Part shown: positions 1 to 8,732 of the stretch, piece by piece | Layout of the letters: every line of letters starts with the position of its first letter | How positions within the stretch are numbered: the stretch's first letter is position 1 | Assembly: GCA_013298895.1 (NCBI GenBank) | Contig: JAAFJM010000002.1 | Span: 6,427 to 70,426, forward strand | DNA from: Bacteroidota bacterium | GTDB lineage: Bacteria > Bacteroidota > Bacteroidia > UKL13-3 | DNA: 64,000 bases | Direction: 5' to 3' | Made by a program: the position numbers and the translations under genes | Notes under the pieces: model-generated | What the model was told of the DNA's origin: nothing | The model's database searches: none | Seen by the model: the letters and a program-made list of their open reading frames with translations, nothing else

Positions 1-509
1 TTATTGCCAATTACACAATCATTGTAAATTTTCACACCTGCATAAATGATGCAATTTTCGCCAATAGTTACATTATCACCAATATAAGTTGTAGGATAAA
101 TTTGCGTACTGTTTCCAATTTTTACGCCTTTGGCAATATAAGCCAAAGCTCCTACATATAAATTTGAGCCTAATTCGGCCGATTTATCTATAACCGCACC
201 TTCTTCAATTCCTTCTTTTTTATTGGCATAAGCTGCAAATTGTTCTAACAATAAGGTGAACGAAGCATACGCATTTTCTACTTTTATTAAAGTAGCTTTT
301 ATTTCTTGGCTAGGGATAAAATCGTTATTTACCAAAACCACACTTGATTTGGTATCGTAAATATGCGATTCATATTTCATATTAGCTAAAAACGACAAAG
401 CTCCTTCTTTGCCATCTTCAATTTTTGCTACCGTATGAAGCAATATATCAGGGTTTCCAACTACTGCCCCGTTTAACAATTGCGCTAATTGCGCTACACT
501 AATTTGCAT
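1..509 (-). CDS. lpxD: UDP-3-O-(3-hydroxyacyl)glucosamine N-acyltransferase, 5' part (runs off the window start)
   Basis: Manual translation from ATG at 509: MQISVAQLAQLLNGAVVGNPD...AKIEDGKEGALSFLANMKY...KVENAYASF, followed by hexapeptide repeats (IGDNVTIGENCIIYAGVKIY). Not in the ORF track because it is truncated. Confidence 0.92.
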   Translation of the reverse strand, partial: MQISVAQLAQLLNGAVVGNPDILLHTVAKIEDGKEGALSFLANMKYESHIYDTKSSVVLVNNDFIPSQEIKATLIKVENAYASFTLLLEQFAAYANKKEGIEEGAVIDKSAELGSNLYVGALAYIAKGVKIGNSTQIYPTTYIGDNVTIGENCIIYAGVKIYNDCVIGN

Positions 510-612
510 TTTCTAAAATTTATGAAGTACGAATATATAAGATTGATTTACAAAATGGCAAAAAACCAATTTGCTTAAAGTTAATTTATGAATATTTTAA
601 AATTGAAAAAAA

Positions 613-2895
613 TTAATTGATAAATGCCACTTTACCTACAAACGATTTAGTTCCATCTTTACTTGCAGAAAAAATTAAGTAAACCCCAGTTGAAACTCTT
701 GAACCTGCAAAATTTTTACCATCCCAAGTTGCAAAACCTCCATAAGATTGTGTTTCTGCTACCAAATTGCCGGCTATATCTGTAATTTTTACGTTTGCAT
801 TTGCTTCTGCTAAACCCTTAATAGAAATATTTCCAATAAAATTAGGGCGAACAGGATTTGGGTAAATATCTACTGCACTATAATCTCCCTTAACTTCAGT
901 AGCATCAGCCATGAAGCTAACCATACCTTTTAAAGTACTAAAAAAAACTTCTCCGGTATTATCATTTACACCTATACTCAAAATATTATTATCTATTAAT
1001 GAACTGTTTTTGGTAGTAAAATTATGAATTACAGTATATCCATCGCTTGATACTAACCAAGCACCATTATTAGTTCCAATCCACTTTCTATTGGCTTTAT
1101 CAACAGTTATGGAAGTTACATTTTCTCCGCCCAAAAAATTGGAATAAACCAAGCCTGTTTTTATTACAATTTGACGAGAATCAAATGATGTTTTATCTGA
1201 ACCATCAAATACACTTTCAGGACTACTAAAAATACTTAAACCTTCGCTGGTTCCGACCCAAATTTCCCCATTTTTATCTTTAGCCAGACAATTAACCTGA
1301 TTACTTGCTAATGCACCATTTCCAATATCCTTATTCAATACTTTATAAGCATCATCATTAGCGTTATTAATATCTAATCCATTATTATATACAAGTAAGC
1401 CGCCCTCACGCGAATGAGCAACCCATTTTTGATTCATATCGTCAATGGCAATGGCAGTAACATAATTACTTCCGCCAAAAACGTTACCTACTGAAAAACA
1501 TTGCAACGTTCCGTCTGACTTTAACGCACACAATGGTTGACCACTAGAATGATTAGTAAACCATAAATTATTATCGGCATCAAAAGCCAATGCCGGAACA
1601 CGGCAACTACCTCCAAATGCCTCTTGTAAAATGCTATTGTTTTTATTATAGACCGCTTCTACTCGGCCAGTCAAATCCATTTTAACCAATCCTGAACCAT
1701 AAGAAGCTGCGTATAATTTTTCATTTATATTGTCGTATGCTATTGACAAAATATCTCTTATAGAGTCAGGTGTAATTGCATTTCCTTGACTAGTATTAGT
1801 CCAAATATTATTATCAAAAATATACAATCCGTTGTGACTAAAACTTTCGTTAAAATAGGGTGCATAGCCACTAGCAGCATATATTTTTCCTTTGATAAAT
1901 TTAAAATCAGTTGCAATTTTATTATATGGCCCATTTGGATAAACAAAGTCAGAACCATTAAACTCTCCACCTGGAAAAAGATGGATGCCCGCAAAATTAT
2001 CAACACAAGCAAATCGGTTATTAGTTAGTTGGACTGCGGAGTTTTTAAGAGCTTTACCGGTTTTGGTTATTACATTATTTGCAGCAATTTCACTTACGTT
2101 TAAATAGGTAGTGACAATTAATTTATTATTACTAATCACCAAATCAAGTACATTGTTCAAATCAGAATCATTACTTGCTGTCCAAGTACTATTGCTAAAG
2201 GTATTTAAAACACTGTCAATTTCGGCATACAGCATTCCATTATAAGCTTCTATTTTATTAGTTTTAGAAGATGATTTAACCAAACTCCAAAAGTTAAAAT
2301 CGCTTAAGTTACCACTGTTTAATTTAGCTCTGTAAACACCATTATAGGTAGATGCATAAATAAAATTATCTAAAATGGCTACATCTAAAATTTCTATATT
2401 ACTTCCATTAACACCAATATTTTGGTACGAATCAGTGATTTGTTTTTTATTAATATCAATTACTACAATACCAAAACTACAAGCCAAATAGGCTTTTCCG
2501 TTAAAAAAGGTTACATCGTTAATTGATTTTTTGCCAATTACATTGCGTTGAAAAATTTGTGGCATATTGGTAATTACTTCATTTTGGAGTAAATCAATAT
2601 TTCCATTTTCATAAACAATAAAAAGTAAATTGTTATTTGGATTGCTGCGCAATAACTTAACTTCCACGTCTGAAAGTCCATTCACTTTTGAAATACGTTC
2701 TAGTTCTTTATCCACTTCATTGTATGAAAAAACTGAACTTGATGATCCGACATAAACTGTACTGCCAATAGCAGCTATGGTTTTATTTTGCCAATAAGGC
2801 AAATGAACGCGCCAAGTTCCTAGGCCACCAGCAGGTTGAGCTATAATAAAAATGGGTAAAAACAGATATAGCGTGGTGCAAATTTTTTTAATCAT
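613..2895 (-). CDS. porZ: T9SS component PorZ-like protein (beta-propellers plus C-terminal T9SS sorting domain)
   Basis: Signal peptide, GTWRVHLPY N-terminus, two-component-regulator propeller repeats (NRKWIGTNNG), CTD IYPNPVRP...WDGKNFAGSRVSTGVYLIF; 760 aa. Confidence 0.85.
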   Translation of the reverse strand: MIKKICTTLYLFLPIFIIAQPAGGLGTWRVHLPYWQNKTIAAIGSTVYVGSSSSVFSYNEVDKELERISKVNGLSDVEVKLLRSNPNNNLLFIVYENGNIDLLQNEVITNMPQIFQRNVIGKKSINDVTFFNGKAYLACSFGIVVIDINKKQITDSYQNIGVNGSNIEILDVAILDNFIYASTYNGVYRAKLNSGNLSDFNFWSLVKSSSKTNKIEAYNGMLYAEIDSVLNTFSNSTWTASNDSDLNNVLDLVISNNKLIVTTYLNVSEIAANNVITKTGKALKNSAVQLTNNRFACVDNFAGIHLFPGGEFNGSDFVYPNGPYNKIATDFKFIKGKIYAASGYAPYFNESFSHNGLYIFDNNIWTNTSQGNAITPDSIRDILSIAYDNINEKLYAASYGSGLVKMDLTGRVEAVYNKNNSILQEAFGGSCRVPALAFDADNNLWFTNHSSGQPLCALKSDGTLQCFSVGNVFGGSNYVTAIAIDDMNQKWVAHSREGGLLVYNNGLDINNANDDAYKVLNKDIGNGALASNQVNCLAKDKNGEIWVGTSEGLSIFSSPESVFDGSDKTSFDSRQIVIKTGLVYSNFLGGENVTSITVDKANRKWIGTNNGAWLVSSDGYTVIHNFTTKNSSLIDNNILSIGVNDNTGEVFFSTLKGMVSFMADATEVKGDYSAVDIYPNPVRPNFIGNISIKGLAEANANVKITDIAGNLVAETQSYGGFATWDGKNFAGSRVSTGVYLIFSASKDGTKSFVGKVAFIN

Positions 2896-3009
2896 TATAA
2901 GGCAAATTAATAAAAACTATTTCTCAAACGTTTCATTTGAATAATTATTTTACAATTATATGAAATCAAATGGTAAGCCTCAATTATTTGTTTATTTTGC
3001 GCAAGTTTT

Positions 3010-5358
3010 ATGTGGAGCAAATTAGCTGATTTTATTTTAAGATATAGATGGCAAAGCCTTTTAGCCATTGCAATTACTACCGTATTTTTTGGATACTATG
3101 CCGGTAAAGTTCAACTTACTTACGATTTTGCTAAGATAATTCCGGCCGATGACCCCGATTATATTGACTACATAAAGTTTAAAAATACTTTTGGCGAAGA
3201 TGGAAACGTTTTAGTTATTGGTGTTCAGTCAGACAAAATTTTTGAATACAATTTTTTTAACGATTGGAGTAATTTAACCAAACAAATAGAAGGAATTGAT
3301 GGCATTGAAAAAGTTGTATCCTTAAGCAATATTCAAACCATTTTACGAAACGATAGCTTACAAACGCTTAGTTTACAGCCATTACTTAAGAGCAAAATAG
3401 AAAACCAAAGTCAACTTGATAGTTTTAAAAACCAAGTTGCAGATTTGAAATTTTATAACGGATTTTTATACAACCCCGAAAGCAATGTTACGCTTTTAGC
3501 CATTACCTTAAAAAAAGAAAAGCTAGACAGCAAAGAACGTATTCCGTTGGTTAACAGTATAGAACAAGCTGCTGACGCATTTGGTAAAAAATATGGTTGC
3601 GAAATGCATTATTCCGGTTTGCCATACGTGCGCACTGTTATGAGTAGCAAGGTGGCCGATGAAATTAAGATTTTTATTTACCTATCTATTTTGGTAACTG
3701 CCATTTTTATTTTTGTTTTCTTTAGGTTTATTAGTGCTGTTATTTTATCGCTAGTAGTAGTAATAGTTGGGGTAGTTTGCACGGTTGGTACTATAGCTTT
3801 ATTTGGTTACAAAATAAGTTTACTTACAGGTATTATTCCGCCTTTAATGGTAATAGTTGGGGTGCAAAATTGTATTTATTTGCTCAATGTGTACCATCAA
3901 GAGTTTTTAAAACATAACGATAAAATTAAGGCCATTAAAGAGTTAATTGCCAAAAATGGTTTAGCGTTATTTTTAACCAATATTACTACTGCCATTGGTT
4001 TTTGCGTTTTTAGTTTTTCAGGAAGCGCTGTTTTAGACCAATTTTCGGTTGTTTCTGGTATCAATATCATGCTAATTTATGTAATCAGTTTGGTGTTTAT
4101 TCCAATAGTTTACAGTTATTTACCACCTCCCAAAGTTAAACATACCAAACATTTAGAAGCTAAGCGTTTAAATAAAGTATTAGCGTTTTGTAATTACTTG
4201 GTTTATAACAAACGTAAGGCCATTTATATTTCAACTATTTTATTGGTATTAGCCAGTGTTGGCGGTGCTTTAATGGTTGATGGAACAGGTTATGTGGTAG
4301 ATGATATGCCTGAAGAAAATAAGGTGTACAAAGACTTAAAGTTTTTTGAAAAGAACTTGAAAGGTATTTTACCTTATGAAATAGCCATTGATACCAAACG
4401 TCCAAATGGCATTAAGGATTATGCAACGCTTCAAAAAATTAACAGATTAGAAAAAGAATTGGCTAAAATTCCTGAGTTTAGCAAAGCTACTTCTGTAGTT
4501 GATTTCTTAAAATTTGCCAACCAAGGCATGAATAATGGCGATGTACGTTACTATCAATTGCCCGATGTATTGGCTATTAGTGAAATAGTAAACTATTTAC
4601 CCAAACAACAAGCAGGTAAGCCTAATTTATTAAAATCAATGGTGGATAGCACTTTTCAAACGGCTAGGGTTAGTATTCAAATGGCCGATGTTGGTTCAAC
4701 TGATATTAAACGCATCCATCAAATGGTGCAACAAAAGGTAGATTCTATTTTTGATAAAGATAAATACTCGGTAAAACTTACTGGAACCAGCGCTATATTT
4801 TTAAAAGGAAACGATTATTTAATCAATAACTTATTGAGTTCAGTATTTTGGGCTTTGGTGCTTAATTCATTCATGATGATATTTTTATTTGCTTCATGGC
4901 GCATGATGCTAATTTCGTTATTGCCAAACATCATTCCTTTAATTGTTACTTTAGGAATTATGGGCTTTTTCCATATCAGGTTAAAACCATCCACCATTAT
5001 TATTTTTAGTATTGCTTATGGAATTGTGGTTGATTTTACCATTCATTATTTGGCTAAGTATAGGCATAGCCTTAAAAAACATAATTGGGATATGAGCATT
5101 GCCATTCCTGAAAGTTTAACCGAAGCTGGACCAAGTATTATTTACACAGCTGTTGCACTTTTTGGTGGATTTATCATATTTGCGGCAAGCTCGTTTGGAG
5201 GAACTATTGCCTTGGGTGTATTAACATCATTATCATTAATTTTTGGTATGTTGATGAATTTGTTATTACTTCCTTCTTTATTGCTTTCGTTGGAAAAATC
5301 AATCAATAACAAAAAAGAGTTTGATACCACTTTTGTGGAGGTTGAACCAGAGGATTAG
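3010..5358 (+). CDS. MMPL/RND-family membrane transporter
   Basis: 782 aa with two repeats of TM + periplasmic loop + 5 TM; motifs LFLTNITTAIGF and GIVVDFTIHY. Confidence 0.85.
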   Translation: MWSKLADFILRYRWQSLLAIAITTVFFGYYAGKVQLTYDFAKIIPADDPDYIDYIKFKNTFGEDGNVLVIGVQSDKIFEYNFFNDWSNLTKQIEGIDGIEKVVSLSNIQTILRNDSLQTLSLQPLLKSKIENQSQLDSFKNQVADLKFYNGFLYNPESNVTLLAITLKKEKLDSKERIPLVNSIEQAADAFGKKYGCEMHYSGLPYVRTVMSSKVADEIKIFIYLSILVTAIFIFVFFRFISAVILSLVVVIVGVVCTVGTIALFGYKISLLTGIIPPLMVIVGVQNCIYLLNVYHQEFLKHNDKIKAIKELIAKNGLALFLTNITTAIGFCVFSFSGSAVLDQFSVVSGINIMLIYVISLVFIPIVYSYLPPPKVKHTKHLEAKRLNKVLAFCNYLVYNKRKAIYISTILLVLASVGGALMVDGTGYVVDDMPEENKVYKDLKFFEKNLKGILPYEIAIDTKRPNGIKDYATLQKINRLEKELAKIPEFSKATSVVDFLKFANQGMNNGDVRYYQLPDVLAISEIVNYLPKQQAGKPNLLKSMVDSTFQTARVSIQMADVGSTDIKRIHQMVQQKVDSIFDKDKYSVKLTGTSAIFLKGNDYLINNLLSSVFWALVLNSFMMIFLFASWRMMLISLLPNIIPLIVTLGIMGFFHIRLKPSTIIIFSIAYGIVVDFTIHYLAKYRHSLKKHNWDMSIAIPESLTEAGPSIIYTAVALFGGFIIFAASSFGGTIALGVLTSLSLIFGMLMNLLLLPSLLLSLEKSINNKKEFDTTFVEVEPED

Positions 5359-5387
5359 TTGAAAGTTAATGGTTGTTAGTTGGAAGC
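5353..5387 (+). repeat. Degenerate heptamer tract overlapping the MMPL stop codon
   Basis: gattagt tgaaagt taatggt tgttagt tggaagc. Confidence 0.4.
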
Positions 5388-5433
5388 TTTTATAAATACA
5401 ACCACAATTTAATTAAGTACTCAAACCAATAAG

Positions 5434-5460
5434 AAAGCCCAAGTTTTCACTTGGCTTTTT
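5434..5460 (+). terminator. Probable intrinsic terminator after MMPL
   Basis: aaagcc(c)aagt-tttc-acttggcttttt, stem with one bulge followed by a T run. Confidence 0.6.
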
Positions 5461-5588
5461 GCGTTTAGTTCTAATCCAAGGCTAGCATTAGGGCGGTATT
5501 TCAATTCCTCAATGGTTGACATAGCAAAACACAAATTACTAACTAAATTGGTTAATTAGAAATAAGATTTCTTTAAACTATTCTTGCA

Positions 5589-5675
5589 AAACTCCGAAGG
5601 TGTTTAATTTAAATAGCACCGAGTTTCGCTCGGTGAAAGGCAAAACATCCAATAAAAACAACTCTGAAGGAGTTG
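5589..5675. repeat. REP/BIME-like three-hairpin palindromic element
   Basis: aaactcc-gaa-ggtgttt (5589-5605), caccgag-tttcg-ctcggtg (5617-5635) and caactc-tgaag-gagttg (5659-5675). The outer two hairpins are near-copies of each other. Confidence 0.6.
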
Positions 5676-5809
5676 AATAACAGAAACCAATTGAAGGGGA
5701 TTTGGTAACAAATTTTTCGAATCCAGCTTCTCTTTAGTAATTTTTTTAAATTGAGATATTACAAATAATTTTGAGACTATAAAACCATTGAACAATTCAA
5801 CAAATAAGC

Positions 5810-5817
5810 TATTTTTG
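5810..5817 (+). promoter_or_regulatory. Bacteroidota -7 promoter element for dnaG
   Basis: TAttTTTG matches TAnnTTTG, 5 nt before the TTG start. Confidence 0.5.
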
Positions 5818-5822
5818 AAAAG

Positions 5823-7787
5823 TTGATACCTCAAGCTAAAATAGACGAAATAATTCAAGCTGCAAATATTGAACAAGTAATTGGCGACTATGTGCGTTTA
5901 AAACGCAGAGGGGCCAATTTAACTGGGCTTTGCCCATTCCATTCCGAAAAATCTCCCTCCTTCTCAGTTAGTCCAGCCAAAGGCATTTTTAAATGTTTTG
6001 GTTGCGGCAAAGCCGGCAATGTGGTAAATTTTGTGATGGAACATGATAGCTTAGGCTATATTCCTGCTTTAAAACATTTAGCTGAAAAGTTCAACGTAGA
6101 ATGGCCACAGCAAGAGTTTGTAAATGTAGATGAAGAGCGCAAACAACGAGATGAAAAGGAGAGTTTACAAATATTAAATAACTGGGCTAACGATTATTTT
6201 CAGGATATTTTATGGCAAAATGAAACAGGTCAAGCTGTTGGGTTAAGCTATTTTGAAAACCGTGGCTTTAGGCACGATACTATCAAAAAATTTAACCTTG
6301 GTTTTAGTTTAGATAGTTGGTCGGCCTTTTTTGATAAAGCAGTAGCCAATCAATTTAGCGAAGAACTTTTATTTAGCTCGGGCTTAGTTAAACATAAGGA
6401 AGACAGTAAAAAATTTGATGCTTATCGTGGTCGTGTTATTTTTCCAATTCATAATTTAAATGGAAAAGTAATTGCTTTTGCGGGCAGGTATTTAAAAAAA
6501 GAACCCAATAGCCCAAAGTATGTAAACTCGCCCGAAACAATACTTTACCATAAAAGCAATGAGCTTTACGGCTTATATTTTGCAAAAAATGAAATTCGTA
6601 AGCAAGATTCAGTATACTTGGTAGAAGGTTATACCGATGTAATAAGCATGCACCAATCGGGTGTAGAAAATGTGGTTGCATCGAGTGGCACATCGCTTAC
6701 CGAAGGACAAATTAGGCTTATAAAAAGATTTACCGAAAATGTTACCGTACTTTTTGATGGTGATGCGGCAGGTATAAAAGCCAGTATTAGAGGTATTGAC
6801 ATGCTGTTGGAACAAGGTTTAAATGTTCGTGTATTAACTTTTCCGGATGGAGATGACCCTGATAGTTACAGCCAAAAAGTAGGCAGCGATGCTTTTAAAG
6901 AATATTTAGAAACCCAACGCCAAGATTTTATAGTATTTAAGGTAAATTTATTGCTGAATGATGCCGGAAATGATCCCATTAAAAAGGCAACTGTTACCCG
7001 CGATATTGTAGAAAGCATTAGTAAAATTCCTGATAGCATAAAACGTTCGGTATTTGTGAATGAATGCGCTCGGTTAATGAGCATTGACGAACAAGTGCTT
7101 TTGGTAGAGTTAAATAAATTGCGCAAGCAGTTTTTAACCGATAAAGATAGGGAACAACAGCAGCAACAAAGAAATGCTGAAAGCCAAGATTCATTTGAAG
7201 GTTTTGAGCCTATACCAGAACAAGGTTATGTTGACGATTTACAAGATACCTTAAACGATTCGTCTATTTTTGATGAACAAGAACGTGATTTGATTCGTTT
7301 GATTATCAATTTTGCCAATAAAACCGTTAATGAAACCGAAACCGCTGCTAGCTATCTATTAAGGCAATTAATTGAAAAAGAAATTGAAATTGACCATCCA
7401 ATAGTAACACTAATTTTAGATGAAACTTACCAAGTTATAGAGCGTGGCGAGATTGTAGATGATAAATTTTTCACCAATCATCAAAACCCTTTGATAACAG
7501 CTTTAGCAGCTGATATGCTTGCTCGTGAGTATATATTAAGTCCTAATTGGGAAAAGCGTGCTGCTGTAAAAATGGATTCCTTTTTTAAAGATACAAAAGC
7601 AGATATTGACTCAGCCATTTTACACTTACAAATTAAGTATATCAATAAATTGATTGTAAAAAATCAAAAAGAACTTAAACCCGAATTAACTGAAGAAGAT
7701 TTTGAACTTCATCAGCGTGTACACATGGATTTGACAAAAAAACGCAATGAACTTACCAAGAAAATTGGTACTGTGATAGTTAAGTAA
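5823..7787 (+). CDS. dnaG: DNA primase
   Basis: CPFHSEKSPSF...CFGC zinc finger, KYVNSPET, EGYTDV and FDGDAAG TOPRIM motifs; TTG start. Confidence 0.97.
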   Translation: MIPQAKIDEIIQAANIEQVIGDYVRLKRRGANLTGLCPFHSEKSPSFSVSPAKGIFKCFGCGKAGNVVNFVMEHDSLGYIPALKHLAEKFNVEWPQQEFVNVDEERKQRDEKESLQILNNWANDYFQDILWQNETGQAVGLSYFENRGFRHDTIKKFNLGFSLDSWSAFFDKAVANQFSEELLFSSGLVKHKEDSKKFDAYRGRVIFPIHNLNGKVIAFAGRYLKKEPNSPKYVNSPETILYHKSNELYGLYFAKNEIRKQDSVYLVEGYTDVISMHQSGVENVVASSGTSLTEGQIRLIKRFTENVTVLFDGDAAGIKASIRGIDMLLEQGLNVRVLTFPDGDDPDSYSQKVGSDAFKEYLETQRQDFIVFKVNLLLNDAGNDPIKKATVTRDIVESISKIPDSIKRSVFVNECARLMSIDEQVLLVELNKLRKQFLTDKDREQQQQQRNAESQDSFEGFEPIPEQGYVDDLQDTLNDSSIFDEQERDLIRLIINFANKTVNETETAASYLLRQLIEKEIEIDHPIVTLILDETYQVIERGEIVDDKFFTNHQNPLITALAADMLAREYILSPNWEKRAAVKMDSFFKDTKADIDSAILHLQIKYINKLIVKNQKELKPELTEEDFELHQRVHMDLTKKRNELTKKIGTVIVK

Positions 7788-7792
7788 GCGTA

Positions 7793-7886
7793 AAGTTCGA
7801 AGTTCGAAGTTCTGAGTTCGAAGTACTAAGTTCAAAGTACTGAGTTTGAAGTTTGAAACCCAGCATTCAAAAATCAAAAATCAGAT
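7793..7886. repeat. Heptamer tandem repeats between convergent dnaG and TPR gene
   Basis: Nine units aagttcg aagttcg aagttct gagttcg aagtact aagttca aagtact gagtttg aagtttg (7793-7855), then cagcatt caaaaat caaaaat cagatg. Confidence 0.85.
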
Positions 7887-7887
7887 G

Positions 7888-8541
7888 CTATCCTGGAACA
7901 CGGGCAAGGTGTTTATCTAAATCTTTAATTTGAGCAACTACTTGTTCATTTTTAGCTTTGCAATTTTTAGCCCTTCTTAAAAAATCTTTCGAAGCTCTGA
8001 TATCGCGTTTGTTCATATAAATTTGAACCATACCCAATAAAGCCATTGCTTGACTTTCGTTGTCTAACGAACCTTTTAAGGCTTCTCTCATGTATTTTTC
8101 ACCTTCCTTGTAGCTGCCTTTTTGTAAAGCCATCATACCTAATTGCACATCAGTTGAACCTTTATTTTCGGCTAAGGTACTGCCAATAGAAGCACTTTTT
8201 TTCAATAGTTTTTCGGCTGAATCAAAATCTTTATTTGCCATAGCCAAATTACCTTTTAAAGTGTAATACGAACTACGAATAGGTTTGAACAATAAATTAG
8301 GAAACCATATAGTATTTAAAATACGTTCCACAGCTTCTACATCACCATTCTCCATTGGGTCTTGAATCAGGCGTAGTGGACCAATAAAAAAATGCGTAAA
8401 AATAGCAATAGCAGCTAAGGTGTAAAATATAATGGCTGCCCAAATATCGCCTAAGCCAGCAAACTGAAGTAAAAGACCAATGATCAACGAGGCTATTCCA
8501 GCCCAAAAACGGTATTTGATAAGTAAATTATAAAATTTCAT
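7888..8541 (-). CDS. Membrane protein with tetratricopeptide repeats
   Basis: Two N-terminal TM segments followed by helical TPR-like repeats. ATG at 8541 is preferred over the TTG at 8562, which overlaps the promoter. Confidence 0.7.
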   Translation of the reverse strand: MKFYNLLIKYRFWAGIASLIIGLLLQFAGLGDIWAAIIFYTLAAIAIFTHFFIGPLRLIQDPMENGDVEAVERILNTIWFPNLLFKPIRSSYYTLKGNLAMANKDFDSAEKLLKKSASIGSTLAENKGSTDVQLGMMALQKGSYKEGEKYMREALKGSLDNESQAMALLGMVQIYMNKRDIRASKDFLRRAKNCKAKNEQVVAQIKDLDKHLARVPG

Positions 8542-8559
8542 ATAATATTTTTTGCGTTG

Positions 8560-8567
8560 CAAATGTA
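8560..8567 (-). promoter_or_regulatory. -7 promoter element for the TPR gene
   Basis: TAcaTTTG on the minus strand, 18 nt upstream of the ATG. Confidence 0.55.
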
Positions 8568-8673
8568 TTAAAACCTAGCAAATATTAGCATGTAAGCGAA
8601 AAAATATCCCAACTTTCAACAATTTTTTGAGCAATAGGTATTTCATTATTTATTGGGAATACATATTTAAAAT

Positions 8674-8712
8674 AAAAAGGGTGCGAAAGTTTTTACAACT
8701 CCCGCACCTTTT
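8674..8712 (-). terminator. Terminator after nrdA
   Basis: aaaagggtgcg...cgcaccttt inverted repeat just downstream of the nrdA stop. Confidence 0.7.
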
Positions 8713-8732
8713 CTAATTTATGAACTAATTAA

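Noticed and set aside
5604..5876. 90-aa minus-strand ORF upstream of dnaG
   Set aside because: It overlaps the dnaG start and the palindromic element and has no recognisable protein features.
7686..7877. 63-aa minus-strand ORF with repetitive sequence
   Set aside because: It is a by-product of the heptamer array and overlaps dnaG antisense.
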